64,000 bases of DNA from an uncultured Pseudomonadales bacterium (GTDB lineage: Bacteria; Patescibacteriota; Microgenomatia; UBA1400; UBA12108), in assembly GCA_964502225.1 (NCBI GenBank), contig CAZCUC010000002.1, forward strand, positions 9,092-73,091, given 5' to 3'. This document shows positions 19,415-28,903 of this stretch, in pieces (the stretch's first letter is position 1; every line of letters starts with the position of its first letter). The notes under the pieces are model-generated. The model ran no database searches and was not told the origin of the DNA. It saw only the letters and a list, made by a program, of their open reading frames with translations. A program made the translations under genes and the position numbers.

Positions 19415-19657
19415 TTATACCAGGATAAGGGAAGATTTTTGTCTGTGTGTAAGTTTTTTGAGAGTCGCCTCGCGTTTGAGAGCGGAAGACTTATCTACTA
19501 GTTCTTCACGGTATACAACTTTTACTGGCTTGTGGGAACGGGTATAGCTCGCTCCTTTGCCGGCTACGTGCTTGATAAACCGCTTATCAACGTCGTTGGT
19601 GGTACCAATGTAAAAACTAGAATCCTCACAAATTAGCATATAGACAAAGTACGACAT
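19415..19657 (-). CDS. GIY-YIG nuclease (UPF0213/YhbQ-like)
   Basis: YFVYML.C.D.SFYIG.T.D...R...H..GKGA.YT and ALKRE..LK. Confidence 0.92.
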   Translation of the reverse strand: MSYFVYMLICEDSSFYIGTTNDVDKRFIKHVAGKGASYTRSHKPVKVVYREELVDKSSALKREATLKKLTHRQKSSLILV

Positions 19658-19675
19658 ACCCTCTATTATGTCCTA

Positions 19676-20221
19676 ATGGAAGAGAAATGTCCCAAATGTG
19701 GTAAAGATCTCAGCCCAGTCGCAGAAACCAAAACTGGTCGCCAACTACAGCGTTGTAGTGGTGGGAGCTGGAACCCCGATACCCGTAAAAACGAAGGGTG
19801 TGATTACGTCAAATGGCTCGAAGTCCAACCCAAAGAACTCGACGAGAAATGTCCCAAATGTGGCAAGCCACTGGTACTCAATGTCACCCGCTTTGGCAAG
19901 AAAATGAAGAAGTGTTCGACCAACGTCTGGAATGCTGAACTCAAGAAAGCCGAGGGCTGTGACTATATCGAGTGGATCAATGGCACAACCGAAAAACTAG
20001 ATGAGGACTGCCCCGACTGTGGCAAAAAGCTCGTACTCTATACAACAGCCGCCGGGAAGAAAATGAAGAAATGCTCTACTTCTGGATGGGACCGCGACAA
20101 AAAAGAAGCCACTGGATGTCCCTACGTAGAATGGCTCAAGCCTGAACAATACGCTCCAATGACTGATCAGGGTGATGAGTTCCTCCCACCTGAACCCATG
20201 CCGAGCGATCTAGCAAATTAA
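19676..20221 (+). CDS. Stand-alone protein of three topoisomerase-type C4 zinc-ribbon repeats
   Basis: Three units CPxCG..L...CS...W......GC.Y.EW. Confidence 0.8.
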   Translation: MEEKCPKCGKDLSPVAETKTGRQLQRCSGGSWNPDTRKNEGCDYVKWLEVQPKELDEKCPKCGKPLVLNVTRFGKKMKKCSTNVWNAELKKAEGCDYIEWINGTTEKLDEDCPDCGKKLVLYTTAAGKKMKKCSTSGWDRDKKEATGCPYVEWLKPEQYAPMTDQGDEFLPPEPMPSDLAN

Positions 20222-20234
20222 ATTTTCTGTGAAT

Positions 20235-20477
20235 TTATAGCTTCAAGAGCTTGAGAGCTTCGTACACGAGGAATCCTGGCCATGCGAGTGATTTGAAAAT
20301 AGCGAGGAGAAATTGTTCCCCGCCGACAGCTTGGGGGAAGAAATAAAAGGCGGCGCCAAATATACCTAGTCCATAGACTGCTCCACCACTGCTATTACCG
20401 GTATTGTGGACATGCACTGGTTTGCAGTGTTCATGATCACATACACATTTTTCTTCAACTACTTTTTTGCTGGCCAT
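20235..20477 (-). CDS. Small membrane protein
   Basis: GGAVYGLGIFGAA.Y and K.L.WP.FLVY; GGAGG SD. Confidence 0.7.
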   Translation of the reverse strand: MASKKVVEEKCVCDHEHCKPVHVHNTGNSSGGAVYGLGIFGAAFYFFPQAVGGEQFLLAIFKSLAWPGFLVYEALKLLKL

Positions 20478-20506
20478 ATTACCCTCCTAAATATAGTATA
20501 GATATA

Positions 20507-20851
20507 TTATAGTTCTTGGACGCGATATTTGACAATTTTGGTAAAGAGATCAAAGGGGAAAGGTTTGTCGTGGGGGAACTGGATGGATCCTTTGGCGGTT
20601 TTGTACTCTAGGAGCTCGGAGGCAAAGGCGTCTACACCGGAGGGGGTGGGATAAACACCCAGATGATTTTTGAAGGAGGCAAAATAAATGAGTGGCTTGC
20701 CGTTTAGTTTGTATCCTGGCATGCCATAACCTAGGTATTCCTGTGCGGTCGGCGCCCACTCAAACACTATTTCGCGGAGTTTAGAGAGTTTGACCTGGAT
20801 ATCAGATGGAAAACTGGCAATGTATTCTTCGACGGTCGAGTATTTTTTCAT
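20507..20851 (-). CDS. DUF1801/YdhG-like protein
   Basis: VEEYI..F, YGMP.Y, YFA.FKNHLG.YP and KGSIQFP. Confidence 0.88.
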   Translation of the reverse strand: MKKYSTVEEYIASFPSDIQVKLSKLREIVFEWAPTAQEYLGYGMPGYKLNGKPLIYFASFKNHLGVYPTPSGVDAFASELLEYKTAKGSIQFPHDKPFPFDLFTKIVKYRVQEL

Positions 20852-20963
20852 TTGATAATCCTGACAAATTCACATTCACTGACTACTTGTTGTGTTTGCA
20901 AAACTATTTTATCAGGCTCGATGAGATATGGCACTACAGCATGAATGTGGGATAATATATCCT

Positions 20964-22022
20964 ATGAAAACTAAATCTTTTGCTGCACCAGCGTCTGATA
21001 AACCCCTTGAGTACTACGAGTTTGAACGGAGAGAACCAACTGCTACAGATGTGGTGATTGATGTTCACTACTGTGGAATTTGTCATAGCGATATCCATAC
21101 CGCCCATGGTGACTGGGGTGAAGTCGAGTATCCCTGTGTACCAGGCCATGAAATTGTTGGGGTGGTTACTCGCGTTGGCTCGGCAGTTACCCAATTTAAA
21201 CCCGGCGAGCGAGTTGGAGTGGGATGTATGGTTAATAGCTGTGGGGAGTGCGAAGCCTGCAAAGGCGGATTTGAAAATAGTTGTTTTAAGGATCCTACTT
21301 GGACGTATAGCTCCACTGACCCAGTGGATGGGACCGATACCAAAGGCGGTTACTCAACTGTGATGGTCGCACCTGAACATTTTGTACTCCACATCCCCGA
21401 ATCACTAGACATGGCACAGGCCGCTCCCCTACTCTGTGCCGGTATCACCACCTATTCACCACTAAGACACTGGAAAGTAGGCCCTGGGATGAAAGTGGGG
21501 ATTATTGGACTGGGTGGCCTCGGTCATATGGGTGTGAAATATGCTGTAGCGATGGGGGCAGAAGTGTGGGTGATAACCACCTCCGCCAACAAAGCTGAAG
21601 TCGCCAAATCATACGGCGCCCAGGGAACCATCGTTTCGACTTCACCACAAGAAATGGAAAATGCGGCACACCGATTCGATTTCCTCCTCGACACCATCCC
21701 CAAAGCACACGAGTTGTCACCTTACTTAAATTTACTAAACCTCCACGGCACGATTTGTCTCGTGGGCCCGATAGAGCAGATGCCTGGCTTCCATTCGATT
21801 GGTGTGATCAATGGTCAGAAATCAATTGCAGGATCTGGAATTGGTGGAATTCGCGAAACCAAGGAAATGTTAGAGTACAGTGCGAAACATAATATACTCC
21901 CCGAAATAGAAATTATTGATATTAAAGATGTAAATAAAGCATGGAAATCAATGTTGAACAAACAGGTGGCGAAAAGATATGTGATTGATATGCGAAAATC
22001 TTTTTCGAGTATAGATAAATAG
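20964..22022 (+). CDS. Zn-dependent NAD(P) alcohol dehydrogenase (cinnamyl-ADH-like)
   Basis: CGICHSD, GHEIVG, CGECEAC..C, APLLCAGITTY and GLGGLGH. Confidence 0.95.
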   Translation: MKTKSFAAPASDKPLEYYEFERREPTATDVVIDVHYCGICHSDIHTAHGDWGEVEYPCVPGHEIVGVVTRVGSAVTQFKPGERVGVGCMVNSCGECEACKGGFENSCFKDPTWTYSSTDPVDGTDTKGGYSTVMVAPEHFVLHIPESLDMAQAAPLLCAGITTYSPLRHWKVGPGMKVGIIGLGGLGHMGVKYAVAMGAEVWVITTSANKAEVAKSYGAQGTIVSTSPQEMENAAHRFDFLLDTIPKAHELSPYLNLLNLHGTICLVGPIEQMPGFHSIGVINGQKSIAGSGIGGIRETKEMLEYSAKHNILPEIEIIDIKDVNKAWKSMLNKQVAKRYVIDMRKSFSSIDK

Positions 22023-22058
22023 ATTAGTGTTGGCGGTTAAGGATTATGTTAGAACCTA

Positions 22059-22634
22059 TTATCTAGAAATGCGTTGTGAGTTGAGAAAATATTCCTGTAT
22101 TTCCTTATAGCTATTTTCTATTAGTATTCGACTTGAAATAGCAAAGATTTCGATAAGTGTGCCACTTTTCTCACCAATACGCCTTTTGACATCCAAAGGT
22201 CTGCTATTTTTATCTTGTACTAAGACGATGTCAACGTCATAGTAAAATTCATTTGCAGATGGTGGACTCATGTCTACATATTGCTCAAATTCTGGAATTG
22301 GCAGAACGTCTCTACCGTCGATATTGGCACCTAAAATAGGGAGATTGCTAGCGAGATAAGCTATAGATTTTTCACTGAGTTCATGACCCCAGTACCGCTT
22401 TAATTTAGAGTGGTTCCAGTAAATTTTACCTACTTGTCTACTTCCTACTAATCCTACATATTCTGGTTCAGAATTATTTCTTGAGTAATGGTCAATAAAT
22501 CCCCATATATCAATTATTTCGCTGACGTTGCGAACATGCGAGCCTACCTTTAAAGGTCCTAGGAAAGGTCTTTCGTTTAACTGATTTTTCCATTTCTCGT
22601 GATTAAGTTGTGGTGATAAATGATCTGGAGTCAT
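22059..22634 (-). CDS. Hypothetical protein, possibly a divergent nucleotidyltransferase
   Basis: AT-rich ORF; LVGSR ... YDVDIV ... IEIF; TATAAT 6 nt before the ATG. Confidence 0.55.
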   Translation of the reverse strand: MTPDHLSPQLNHEKWKNQLNERPFLGPLKVGSHVRNVSEIIDIWGFIDHYSRNNSEPEYVGLVGSRQVGKIYWNHSKLKRYWGHELSEKSIAYLASNLPILGANIDGRDVLPIPEFEQYVDMSPPSANEFYYDVDIVLVQDKNSRPLDVKRRIGEKSGTLIEIFAISSRILIENSYKEIQEYFLNSQRISR

Positions 22635-22661
22635 GTTAACATTATACACTATAGGTCAATG

Positions 22662-22732
22662 TTGCGGGACTAGGACTCGAACCTAGGAGACGACATTCAG
22701 AGTGTCGCATGATACCACTTCATCATCCCGCA
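22662..22732 (-). tRNA. tRNA-Gln(CTG), CCA not encoded
   Basis: Acceptor TGCGGGA/TCCCGCA (U1-A72), anticodon arm CGACA-CTCTGAA-TGTCG, T arm CTAGG-TTCGAGT-CCTAG. Confidence 0.93.
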
Positions 22733-22747
22733 TCTGCATGGAGTATT

Positions 22748-23074
22748 TTACCTCAAAAGTGGCCTATACACACTGGTGGATTGATTTTGTTCATCATTAC
22801 CAAGCAGTATCCAAAGAACTCCGTCAAAGATTAACTTTAAAATAGGTGTTCTTTCGATATACTCTGTCGTTTGTTCCTCAACCAAATATTGAACATGGTC
22901 ATTTAGCAGAATGGCGCCACATAATACGCTTGGGAGTATAGCGACTTTGGCTTTCCAAACCTTCAGTTTTATCTTGTCAGTAACAAATTTAAGACCAGAA
23001 TTAGTTAGCTCCCCCATACCTGAGAGAAGACTCTCATATTCGATTAAACTTAGTGGTGTGAATGAATCAATCAT
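22748..23074 (-). CDS. Hypothetical protein
   Basis: ORF fills the gap between genes; no motif recognised. Confidence 0.5.
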   Translation of the reverse strand: MIDSFTPLSLIEYESLLSGMGELTNSGLKFVTDKIKLKVWKAKVAILPSVLCGAILLNDHVQYLVEEQTTEYIERTPILKLIFDGVLWILLGNDEQNQSTSVYRPLLR

Positions 23075-23113
23075 ATTTACCCCACGTAGACTAAGATGGC
23101 ACATCGCAAGCCT

Positions 23114-24232
23114 TTAGAGTGATTTGAGGTGGGAGTGGGTGTATCCCCAGATCGCACCGAGGCCGACCCAGGTAAATAACATAGTAGTAACCCAGCCGAT
23201 CCCGGGGAGCGCACGCAGGAGATAAAAGATGGCTAGACCAACAAAATAGGTGGCGTAGATACCCATCTTGTTCCAGCTGAACTGGCGGGCGACAAAGCGA
23301 CCGAGGGCGTAGCTACTAGCTAGCTTGGCTAAGACGAGGCACAGCGCAAATACAGGAATCATAAACCCAACAATCGGGAGACCGATTACGCTGATTGCGA
23401 GAACCAACATCAGGGGGAGCGCAAAAATAACTATCAAAAACCCAATACCTAGACTGCGCAGGAGAGAGTTCTCGACAGTTTGCGCCAGCCCCATGCCAGA
23501 CTTGGGGAAGAGACGGAGGAGCAATGATCCGAGCAGGAGATAACCAAGGAATGAGATAGCTAGCCAGCCACGATGGGCGACCAGACCGAATTTACCAAAA
23601 TCTTCTTTGGCTTTATCCATGTCACGGCGAGCATCTGATGGAGGGGTGAAACGAGAGATAGTCCCTGCGACAGTAGAGGTGGGACTCTGGGTGAGCGTAG
23701 AGCTATCTTCCCCTAGCGCATAGGTGAGGTTGCCACCGATACGAGAGTTTGGGCCTAGATCGATCACTCCTCCCCCGAGGCGAGCTTCTTTACCGACTTT
23801 GCTGTCTAGATAAATGGTCCCGGCGCCTACCATGAGATTGCGACCAATGGGAGCGTAGTTTTTGAGGTTACCAGTGCCTGTGACAAGAGAGCCGCCGATT
23901 TGACTGGTTGAGTCAATTGTGACATTCCCAGCCCCTGCGACGACTGAGTTGCGGACTGTGGCGCCCGTCAAGATGAGATCTCCGGTACCTACAAAGAGTC
24001 CTCCTTTGATATCTCCACTGATGCGGACAGTACCTGCACCTACAAACACATCGCCAGTGATAGTACCGTCGATACTAAGCGATTCTGCGGCGACAAAAAG
24101 ATCATCATCGATTGTTTCGGTAGCAGGAATGACCACACTACCCTGCTCTTGGATAATGACTTTGGCTAGTGCCTGAGATGGGAAAGCAAAAACTGAGAAG
24201 ACGGTAATGAGGACAAGCAGTTTTTTGAACAT
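23114..24232 (-). CDS. Beta-helix (polymer-forming/bactofilin-like) repeat protein with C-terminal TM domain
   Basis: Signal peptide, repeated I.G.I.GD.FVGAG units, four to five C-terminal TMs. Confidence 0.75.
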   Translation of the reverse strand: MFKKLLVLITVFSVFAFPSQALAKVIIQEQGSVVIPATETIDDDLFVAAESLSIDGTITGDVFVGAGTVRISGDIKGGLFVGTGDLILTGATVRNSVVAGAGNVTIDSTSQIGGSLVTGTGNLKNYAPIGRNLMVGAGTIYLDSKVGKEARLGGGVIDLGPNSRIGGNLTYALGEDSSTLTQSPTSTVAGTISRFTPPSDARRDMDKAKEDFGKFGLVAHRGWLAISFLGYLLLGSLLLRLFPKSGMGLAQTVENSLLRSLGIGFLIVIFALPLMLVLAISVIGLPIVGFMIPVFALCLVLAKLASSYALGRFVARQFSWNKMGIYATYFVGLAIFYLLRALPGIGWVTTMLFTWVGLGAIWGYTHSHLKSL

Positions 24233-24242
24233 AGGACTCCTT

Positions 24243-24599
24243 TTAAGCTAATTCTTTGTATTGTTTTGGTTTAGATTTGCGGGCTTCGATTTTTTTGAGA
24301 GTTTGAAGAATTCTTTCATGAAGATTGATGTCTTTGATACGGGCAATCCGGAGGATGGTCACAACCAAGTCACCTAGCTCTTGCTCATAGGACTCGTCCT
24401 GCTGGGCGGCCAAGTTGAGGGGTTTGCGTCCGTGCTCGGCCAGGTAGGCACGAGCGATCTCCCCGACTTCTTCGGTGAGTGAGAGTAGGAGAATGGAACC
24501 GTACTCTTTGGAATATCTTTTACCTCGATCGATGCGAGATAGGTAGTTAAAATACTCAGCAAATGGAGACTTGTAGTGCGGTCGTTTTACTGTGGTCAT
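24243..24599 (-). CDS. MazG-like nucleotide pyrophosphohydrolase
   Basis: LTEEVGEIA ... ELGDL. Confidence 0.8.
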   Translation of the reverse strand: MTTVKRPHYKSPFAEYFNYLSRIDRGKRYSKEYGSILLLSLTEEVGEIARAYLAEHGRKPLNLAAQQDESYEQELGDLVVTILRIARIKDINLHERILQTLKKIEARKSKPKQYKELA

Positions 24600-24620
24600 A
24601 CCATTATTTTACACTATAAA

Positions 24621-25286
24621 TTAGTATTTAATGGTGGCTGGGACAGTACCAAGTAAATGAAAAGAGCCGGATTTGAAATTGGCTGACTGGATGTCGGCCC
24701 CGCCTATCTGTTTGATCCGCCTTTGGATCATATCCCCAACAGCTTTTGCGGCTGGGCTAGTAATGGAGTCCGGGACTGTGACACGGCCGATCTGAAAAGT
24801 ACTAGGGCTGATACTGAGCTGGTTACTAGTCATCCCGCCCGTACCTTTGACATAAAAAGGCAGATCTCCGGAGACGTACTTGATATACTCTTTACCTTTT
24901 TCGATGTCTTGATCTGAATAGCCGAGGTTCTTGGCTAGGGAGATGGCAGTCCCAATTTTGAGATAACCTGAGGCTTCGCCAGTGCCATCTGCGTTAAATC
25001 TGACCTGCACATTTTTAAGCGGGAAGTAAACATCACGATCTTCCCAAACTGCGAATATTGAGGTGATCTCCTCGCTCGTGAGATTGACGTCTAGTTTGAC
25101 TTTACCGGTAGGGTTTTGCTCCCCATATTTGGACTCAAATGCAGAGACGAGAGACTTGTCAGTTTTGATTCCGAGATCAATGGGTTTGGTCACATATGGT
25201 GAGAGACTGGGAACGAGCCCGAGATAGGTCAGGACACCGACGGGAATGAGAATAAGGATCAGCAAAAATAATAGTAATTTTTTCAT
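24621..25286 (-). CDS. Membrane-anchored hypothetical protein
   Basis: N-terminal hydrophobic anchor; GGAGG SD. Confidence 0.7.
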   Translation of the reverse strand: MKKLLLFLLILILIPVGVLTYLGLVPSLSPYVTKPIDLGIKTDKSLVSAFESKYGEQNPTGKVKLDVNLTSEEITSIFAVWEDRDVYFPLKNVQVRFNADGTGEASGYLKIGTAISLAKNLGYSDQDIEKGKEYIKYVSGDLPFYVKGTGGMTSNQLSISPSTFQIGRVTVPDSITSPAAKAVGDMIQRRIKQIGGADIQSANFKSGSFHLLGTVPATIKY

Positions 25287-25316
25287 AGTACCTCCAGTTG
25301 ATTGACTATGAATATA

Positions 25317-26084
25317 TTAAACTACTTTGATTTTGGGAAAGAAAGCCGGGGTACGCTTTGCATATGCTCGCCAGTCTGCGCGCCCTTTATATTTGGCTTC
25401 GAGAAGTGGGATACCAGAAACAAATAGGAGGAGAAAATCGATGACTAGTGGTCCGACAAAAACGAAGTAGTTGCGAGAGACACCATAGGCGAGCAGAGCA
25501 ACGCCCCACCACAAAGTAGCTTCCCCAAAGTAATTGGGGTGGCGGGTTAGACTCCACAAACCCGTGGTCATGAGCTGGCCTTTGCTAGATTTTTTCTTTT
25601 TGAACTGAGAGAGTTGATAGTCCCCCACCGCCTCAAAGAAAAATCCAGTGAGCCATATGAACATACCCAAATACATCATCCAAGGACTGATCGTCGCCAC
25701 CCCGATAATCCCTAGTACCACAGGGATAGAGACCAGTTGCATGAGGATCCATTGTAGTAGGAATATTTGTACAAGAGAGCGGATCACCCAAGTTTTGCCC
25801 CAATCTCTACGCCACTGAGCGTAGCGAAAATCTTCTCCCCTACCCCAGTTACGGGCGAGGATATGGAGAGCCAGACGCACACCCCAAACGACGACATAGG
25901 CTAACACTAGCTGAGAGATAAAGTTGCCACTGCTAAATATGTAAGCTACCCCAGCGATTACGACAAATCCGATGCCCCAGACGACATCGACAATGCTGTT
26001 GTTGCGGAGCATGACGGCCAAGAGAAAAGTCATGACAAAGAGAAGGAGTGAAATGCAGGCGGTATAGAAGAAGATGTTGAGCAT
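25317..26084 (-). CDS. DUF1295 (steroid 5-alpha-reductase-like) membrane protein
   Basis: DVVWG, WG.RL, EDFRY, D.QL..FK and GLW..TRHPNYFGE. Confidence 0.9.
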   Translation of the reverse strand: MLNIFFYTACISLLLFVMTFLLAVMLRNNSIVDVVWGIGFVVIAGVAYIFSSGNFISQLVLAYVVVWGVRLALHILARNWGRGEDFRYAQWRRDWGKTWVIRSLVQIFLLQWILMQLVSIPVVLGIIGVATISPWMMYLGMFIWLTGFFFEAVGDYQLSQFKKKKSSKGQLMTTGLWSLTRHPNYFGEATLWWGVALLAYGVSRNYFVFVGPLVIDFLLLFVSGIPLLEAKYKGRADWRAYAKRTPAFFPKIKVV

Positions 26085-26121
26085 AGTTTGATAGTAGCAT
26101 ACTCTGCGCTATACTGCCTTT

Positions 26122-26757
26122 ATGACGATCAAACAACTTTATGCAAAGTATCAAATTATGCCACAACTTGAAACTCACATGTTGAGAGTCGCTGGAGTGG
26201 GTAAAATAATTGCGGAAAACTGGCAGGGTGAGTGTGACACAAAACTTACAACCGATCTCTGTTCGATCCACGATATGGGGAATATTGTAAAGTTTGATTT
26301 GCGTGATGGGATTGATATGTCAAAGTTTGGCAGAATCGAAAATTTGAAACATTGGCAAGAAGTTCAGCGAAGATACTGGGATAAATATGGCAAGGATGCT
26401 CACGATGCGACTATCGGGATTTTGCGCGAGGCCGGACTGCCTCATTTTGAGTCTTATATCGACGAAGAGGAAAGACTCTATTTTGCGGAGGCTCGGGAGG
26501 AACAATTGGCGAAGGCGCGAGTAGAATCGATTATTCTCATGTACGCAGATTGCAGAGTTATACCGAGTGGGGTAGTGAGTTACCGCGAGCGGGTCAATGA
26601 TTTAAAAGACCGGTATGGGACAAGAAGCGATACCTGGTACGATTGGACGTTTTGGTTTGAAAATTGGTTACATACCAAGGTCGGAGTTGATTTGCAAAGT
26701 ATTACGGAAGATAGTGTTACCCCCCTCTTTGACGAGCTGCTATCACGTACTATATAA
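26122..26757 (+). CDS. HD-domain protein
   Basis: HMLRV ... IHDMG ... H ... YAD. Confidence 0.72.
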   Translation: MTIKQLYAKYQIMPQLETHMLRVAGVGKIIAENWQGECDTKLTTDLCSIHDMGNIVKFDLRDGIDMSKFGRIENLKHWQEVQRRYWDKYGKDAHDATIGILREAGLPHFESYIDEEERLYFAEAREEQLAKARVESIILMYADCRVIPSGVVSYRERVNDLKDRYGTRSDTWYDWTFWFENWLHTKVGVDLQSITEDSVTPLFDELLSRTI

Positions 26758-26771
26758 TGGTCTTAATTGAT

Positions 26772-26946
26772 AAAGCGATGAAGGGGTTTCCCGCCCTTTC
26801 GACCGCCTCCCTGGCGAGTCAAGCTGAGTACGATGAGTGCTACGTAATCTGCACGAGACGCAGTAAATTGAGTAAAACCGCAAGGTGGTACCGCCCAGAG
26901 AAGGCCCTTGCATGTTCCCATTTTTGGGTGCATGCAAGGGTTTTTT
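26772..26946 (+). ncRNA. T-box riboswitch (Pro) with transcription terminator
   Basis: Antiterminator CAAGG-TGGTACC-GCC...GGC-CCTTG (26881-26910); terminator CCCTTGCATG...CATGCAAGGG-T6; upstream of csaA-proS. Confidence 0.85.
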
Positions 26947-26967
26947 GTATATATAAGGAGTAAACAT

Positions 26968-27303
26968 ATGATCGATTACAACGACTTTGCCAAAGTGGAT
27001 ATCCGCGTGGGGCGCATAGTGGGGGTCGAAGACTTCCCCGAAGCCAAGAAACCCGCCTACAAACTGACCATCGATTTTGGGAGCGAAATAGGACAGAAAC
27101 GATCGAGTGCGCAAGTGAAAAAGTATTACACTAAAGAGACTCTGATGGGCAAAATAGTTTTGGGAGTTGTCAATTTCCCACCCAAACAAATTGGACCGTT
27201 TATGTCGGAGTGTCTCACTCTTGGAGCCCCTGATGAAGACGGACAATGTGTGCTAATCTCACCAAACAATGAGAAGGCAGTCATCGGCGGAAAATTATTT
27301 TAA
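26968..27303 (+). CDS. csaA: CsaA/Trbp111 tRNA-binding OB-fold protein
   Basis: DFAKVDIRVG.I, PAYKL.IDFG, SSAQ and VNFPPKQIGPFMSE.L.LG. Confidence 0.92.
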   Translation: MIDYNDFAKVDIRVGRIVGVEDFPEAKKPAYKLTIDFGSEIGQKRSSAQVKKYYTKETLMGKIVLGVVNFPPKQIGPFMSECLTLGAPDEDGQCVLISPNNEKAVIGGKLF

Positions 27304-27323
27304 CAACTAATCAAAGGAGATTT

Positions 27324-28574
27324 ATGAAATATTCGAAAATGTTTGTCAAAACTTTAAAGACTGCACCCAGTGCGGCCGATACGGCGAACCACCGTCTACT
27401 TGTGCAGGCCGGATTTGTGCGCCAGGTCATGGCTGGAGTTTATACCTACCTCCCCTTGGGACTGCGGGTGCTGAACAAAATATCTAAAATTGTGCGCGAG
27501 GAGATGGATAATATCGGTGCCCAAGAAGTACTCATGCCACTACTTCACCCCTCTAGTTTGTGGAAGCAGACAGGGGCATGGGACAAGGCCGACGTATTAT
27601 TTAAAGTAAAAAGTCGGACTGATAAAGAATATGCATTAGCTATAAGCAATGAGGAGACAGTGACACCGCTCGCCAAAGAGTGGATTCATAGTGCTAAAGA
27701 TCTACCTCTAGCCATCTACCATATTAACTGGAAGTTCCGCGACGAGCTACGGTCAAAATCCGGTATTATGCGCGGGCGCGAGTTCCTCATGAAGGATATG
27801 TATAGTTTCCATGCTACCCAAGCGGATTTTGATACTTTTTATGCCAAAGCTAAAGTGGCTTACATGAATGTGTACAAACGATTGGGACTGGTCGCTAAAG
27901 CAACCGAAGCGTCGGGTGGGGCATTTACTGAGAAAGTCAGTTACGAGTTTGAAGTACTTACCGATGCGGGTGAAGCACCTGTTTTGTACTGCGACCAGTG
28001 TGACTACTGCGTGAACGTCGATGATATCAAAACCTACAAACTGGGTGATGAGTGCCCTATTTGCCACAAAGACAAACTAAAGTCGGCGATGGCATCTGAA
28101 GTGGGGAATGTGTTTGACCTAGGTCTGAAGTACTCCAAAGCGTTTGATCTCACTTTCAATAATGAAAGTGGAGAGAAAACCTACCCAATCATGGGTTGCT
28201 ACGGGATCGGGATCTCGCGCACTATGGGAGTGATAGTCGAAAAGTTCAATGATGCGCGTGGGATACTGTGGCCTGCCTCGATTGCGCCTTTTACTGTCCA
28301 CCTAGCGAGTCTAAACACAAATGATGAAGCGGTCATTAAGCGAGCGGATGAAGTGTATGAGCTCCTCACCAAAGCCGGTGTCGAGGTGCTCTATGATGAG
28401 CGAACAGATGTGGGTGCAGGGCAAAAACTGGGTGAAGCCGATATGATCGGTTGCCCTATCCGCGCGGTAGTATCCTCCAAAACTCAAGACAAAGTTGAAG
28501 TTAAGATGAGGAATGAGAAAGAAGCAAAATTAATGAGCGTGGAGGAGCTAATAAAGTTATGCTTAGAAAAATAG
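27324..28574 (+). CDS. proS: Prolyl-tRNA synthetase (short form without INS editing domain)
   Basis: GVYTYLPLG, KFRDE.R...G.MR.REF.MKD.YSF, MGCYGIG..R and anticodon domain; 416 aa. Confidence 0.95.
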   Translation: MKYSKMFVKTLKTAPSAADTANHRLLVQAGFVRQVMAGVYTYLPLGLRVLNKISKIVREEMDNIGAQEVLMPLLHPSSLWKQTGAWDKADVLFKVKSRTDKEYALAISNEETVTPLAKEWIHSAKDLPLAIYHINWKFRDELRSKSGIMRGREFLMKDMYSFHATQADFDTFYAKAKVAYMNVYKRLGLVAKATEASGGAFTEKVSYEFEVLTDAGEAPVLYCDQCDYCVNVDDIKTYKLGDECPICHKDKLKSAMASEVGNVFDLGLKYSKAFDLTFNNESGEKTYPIMGCYGIGISRTMGVIVEKFNDARGILWPASIAPFTVHLASLNTNDEAVIKRADEVYELLTKAGVEVLYDERTDVGAGQKLGEADMIGCPIRAVVSSKTQDKVEVKMRNEKEAKLMSVEELIKLCLEK

Positions 28575-28894
28575 TTGTTTTGATACTTTCAATTTTTATT
28601 GGACTTGCGTTTACTGCATTTTCAACCCGCTTAAATTTTAATGGTTTGACATTGTTTATGTCGAATCAGAATGGAGGTTGTGGAGACCACTGGGGTGGAT
28701 TACCTTTCGCGTATACCTACACCAGAGTAAAACCAACGCCACTCCCGATTGGTGGAATTATTCCTCAACCATTTTGTGTTGGAGTTAGCAATAACTTGCC
28801 AATGTTTATTGATTGGTTTATTTGGACTTTTGCTAGCTACGTTGGGATTGAATCAATCGTCAAACGAATGAAGCGACGCAGATCACAACATTGA
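28559..28894 (+). CDS. Small membrane protein
   Basis: Two TMs flanking a GLPF.Y loop with two Cys. Confidence 0.6.
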   Translation: MLRKIVVLILSIFIGLAFTAFSTRLNFNGLTLFMSNQNGGCGDHWGGLPFAYTYTRVKPTPLPIGGIIPQPFCVGVSNNLPMFIDWFIWTFASYVGIESIVKRMKRRRSQH

Positions 28895-28903
28895 GAACGG
28901 TCT

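Noticed and set aside
20852-20963. Possible riboswitch or ribozyme between the DUF1801 and ADH genes
   Set aside because: Two short crossing inverted repeats exist (CCTGA/TCAGG and CACATTCA/TGAATGTG), but I found no recognisable riboswitch or hammerhead core.
26757-26963. 68-aa ORF upstream of csaA
   Set aside because: It coincides with the T-box leader and terminator and has no protein-like features.
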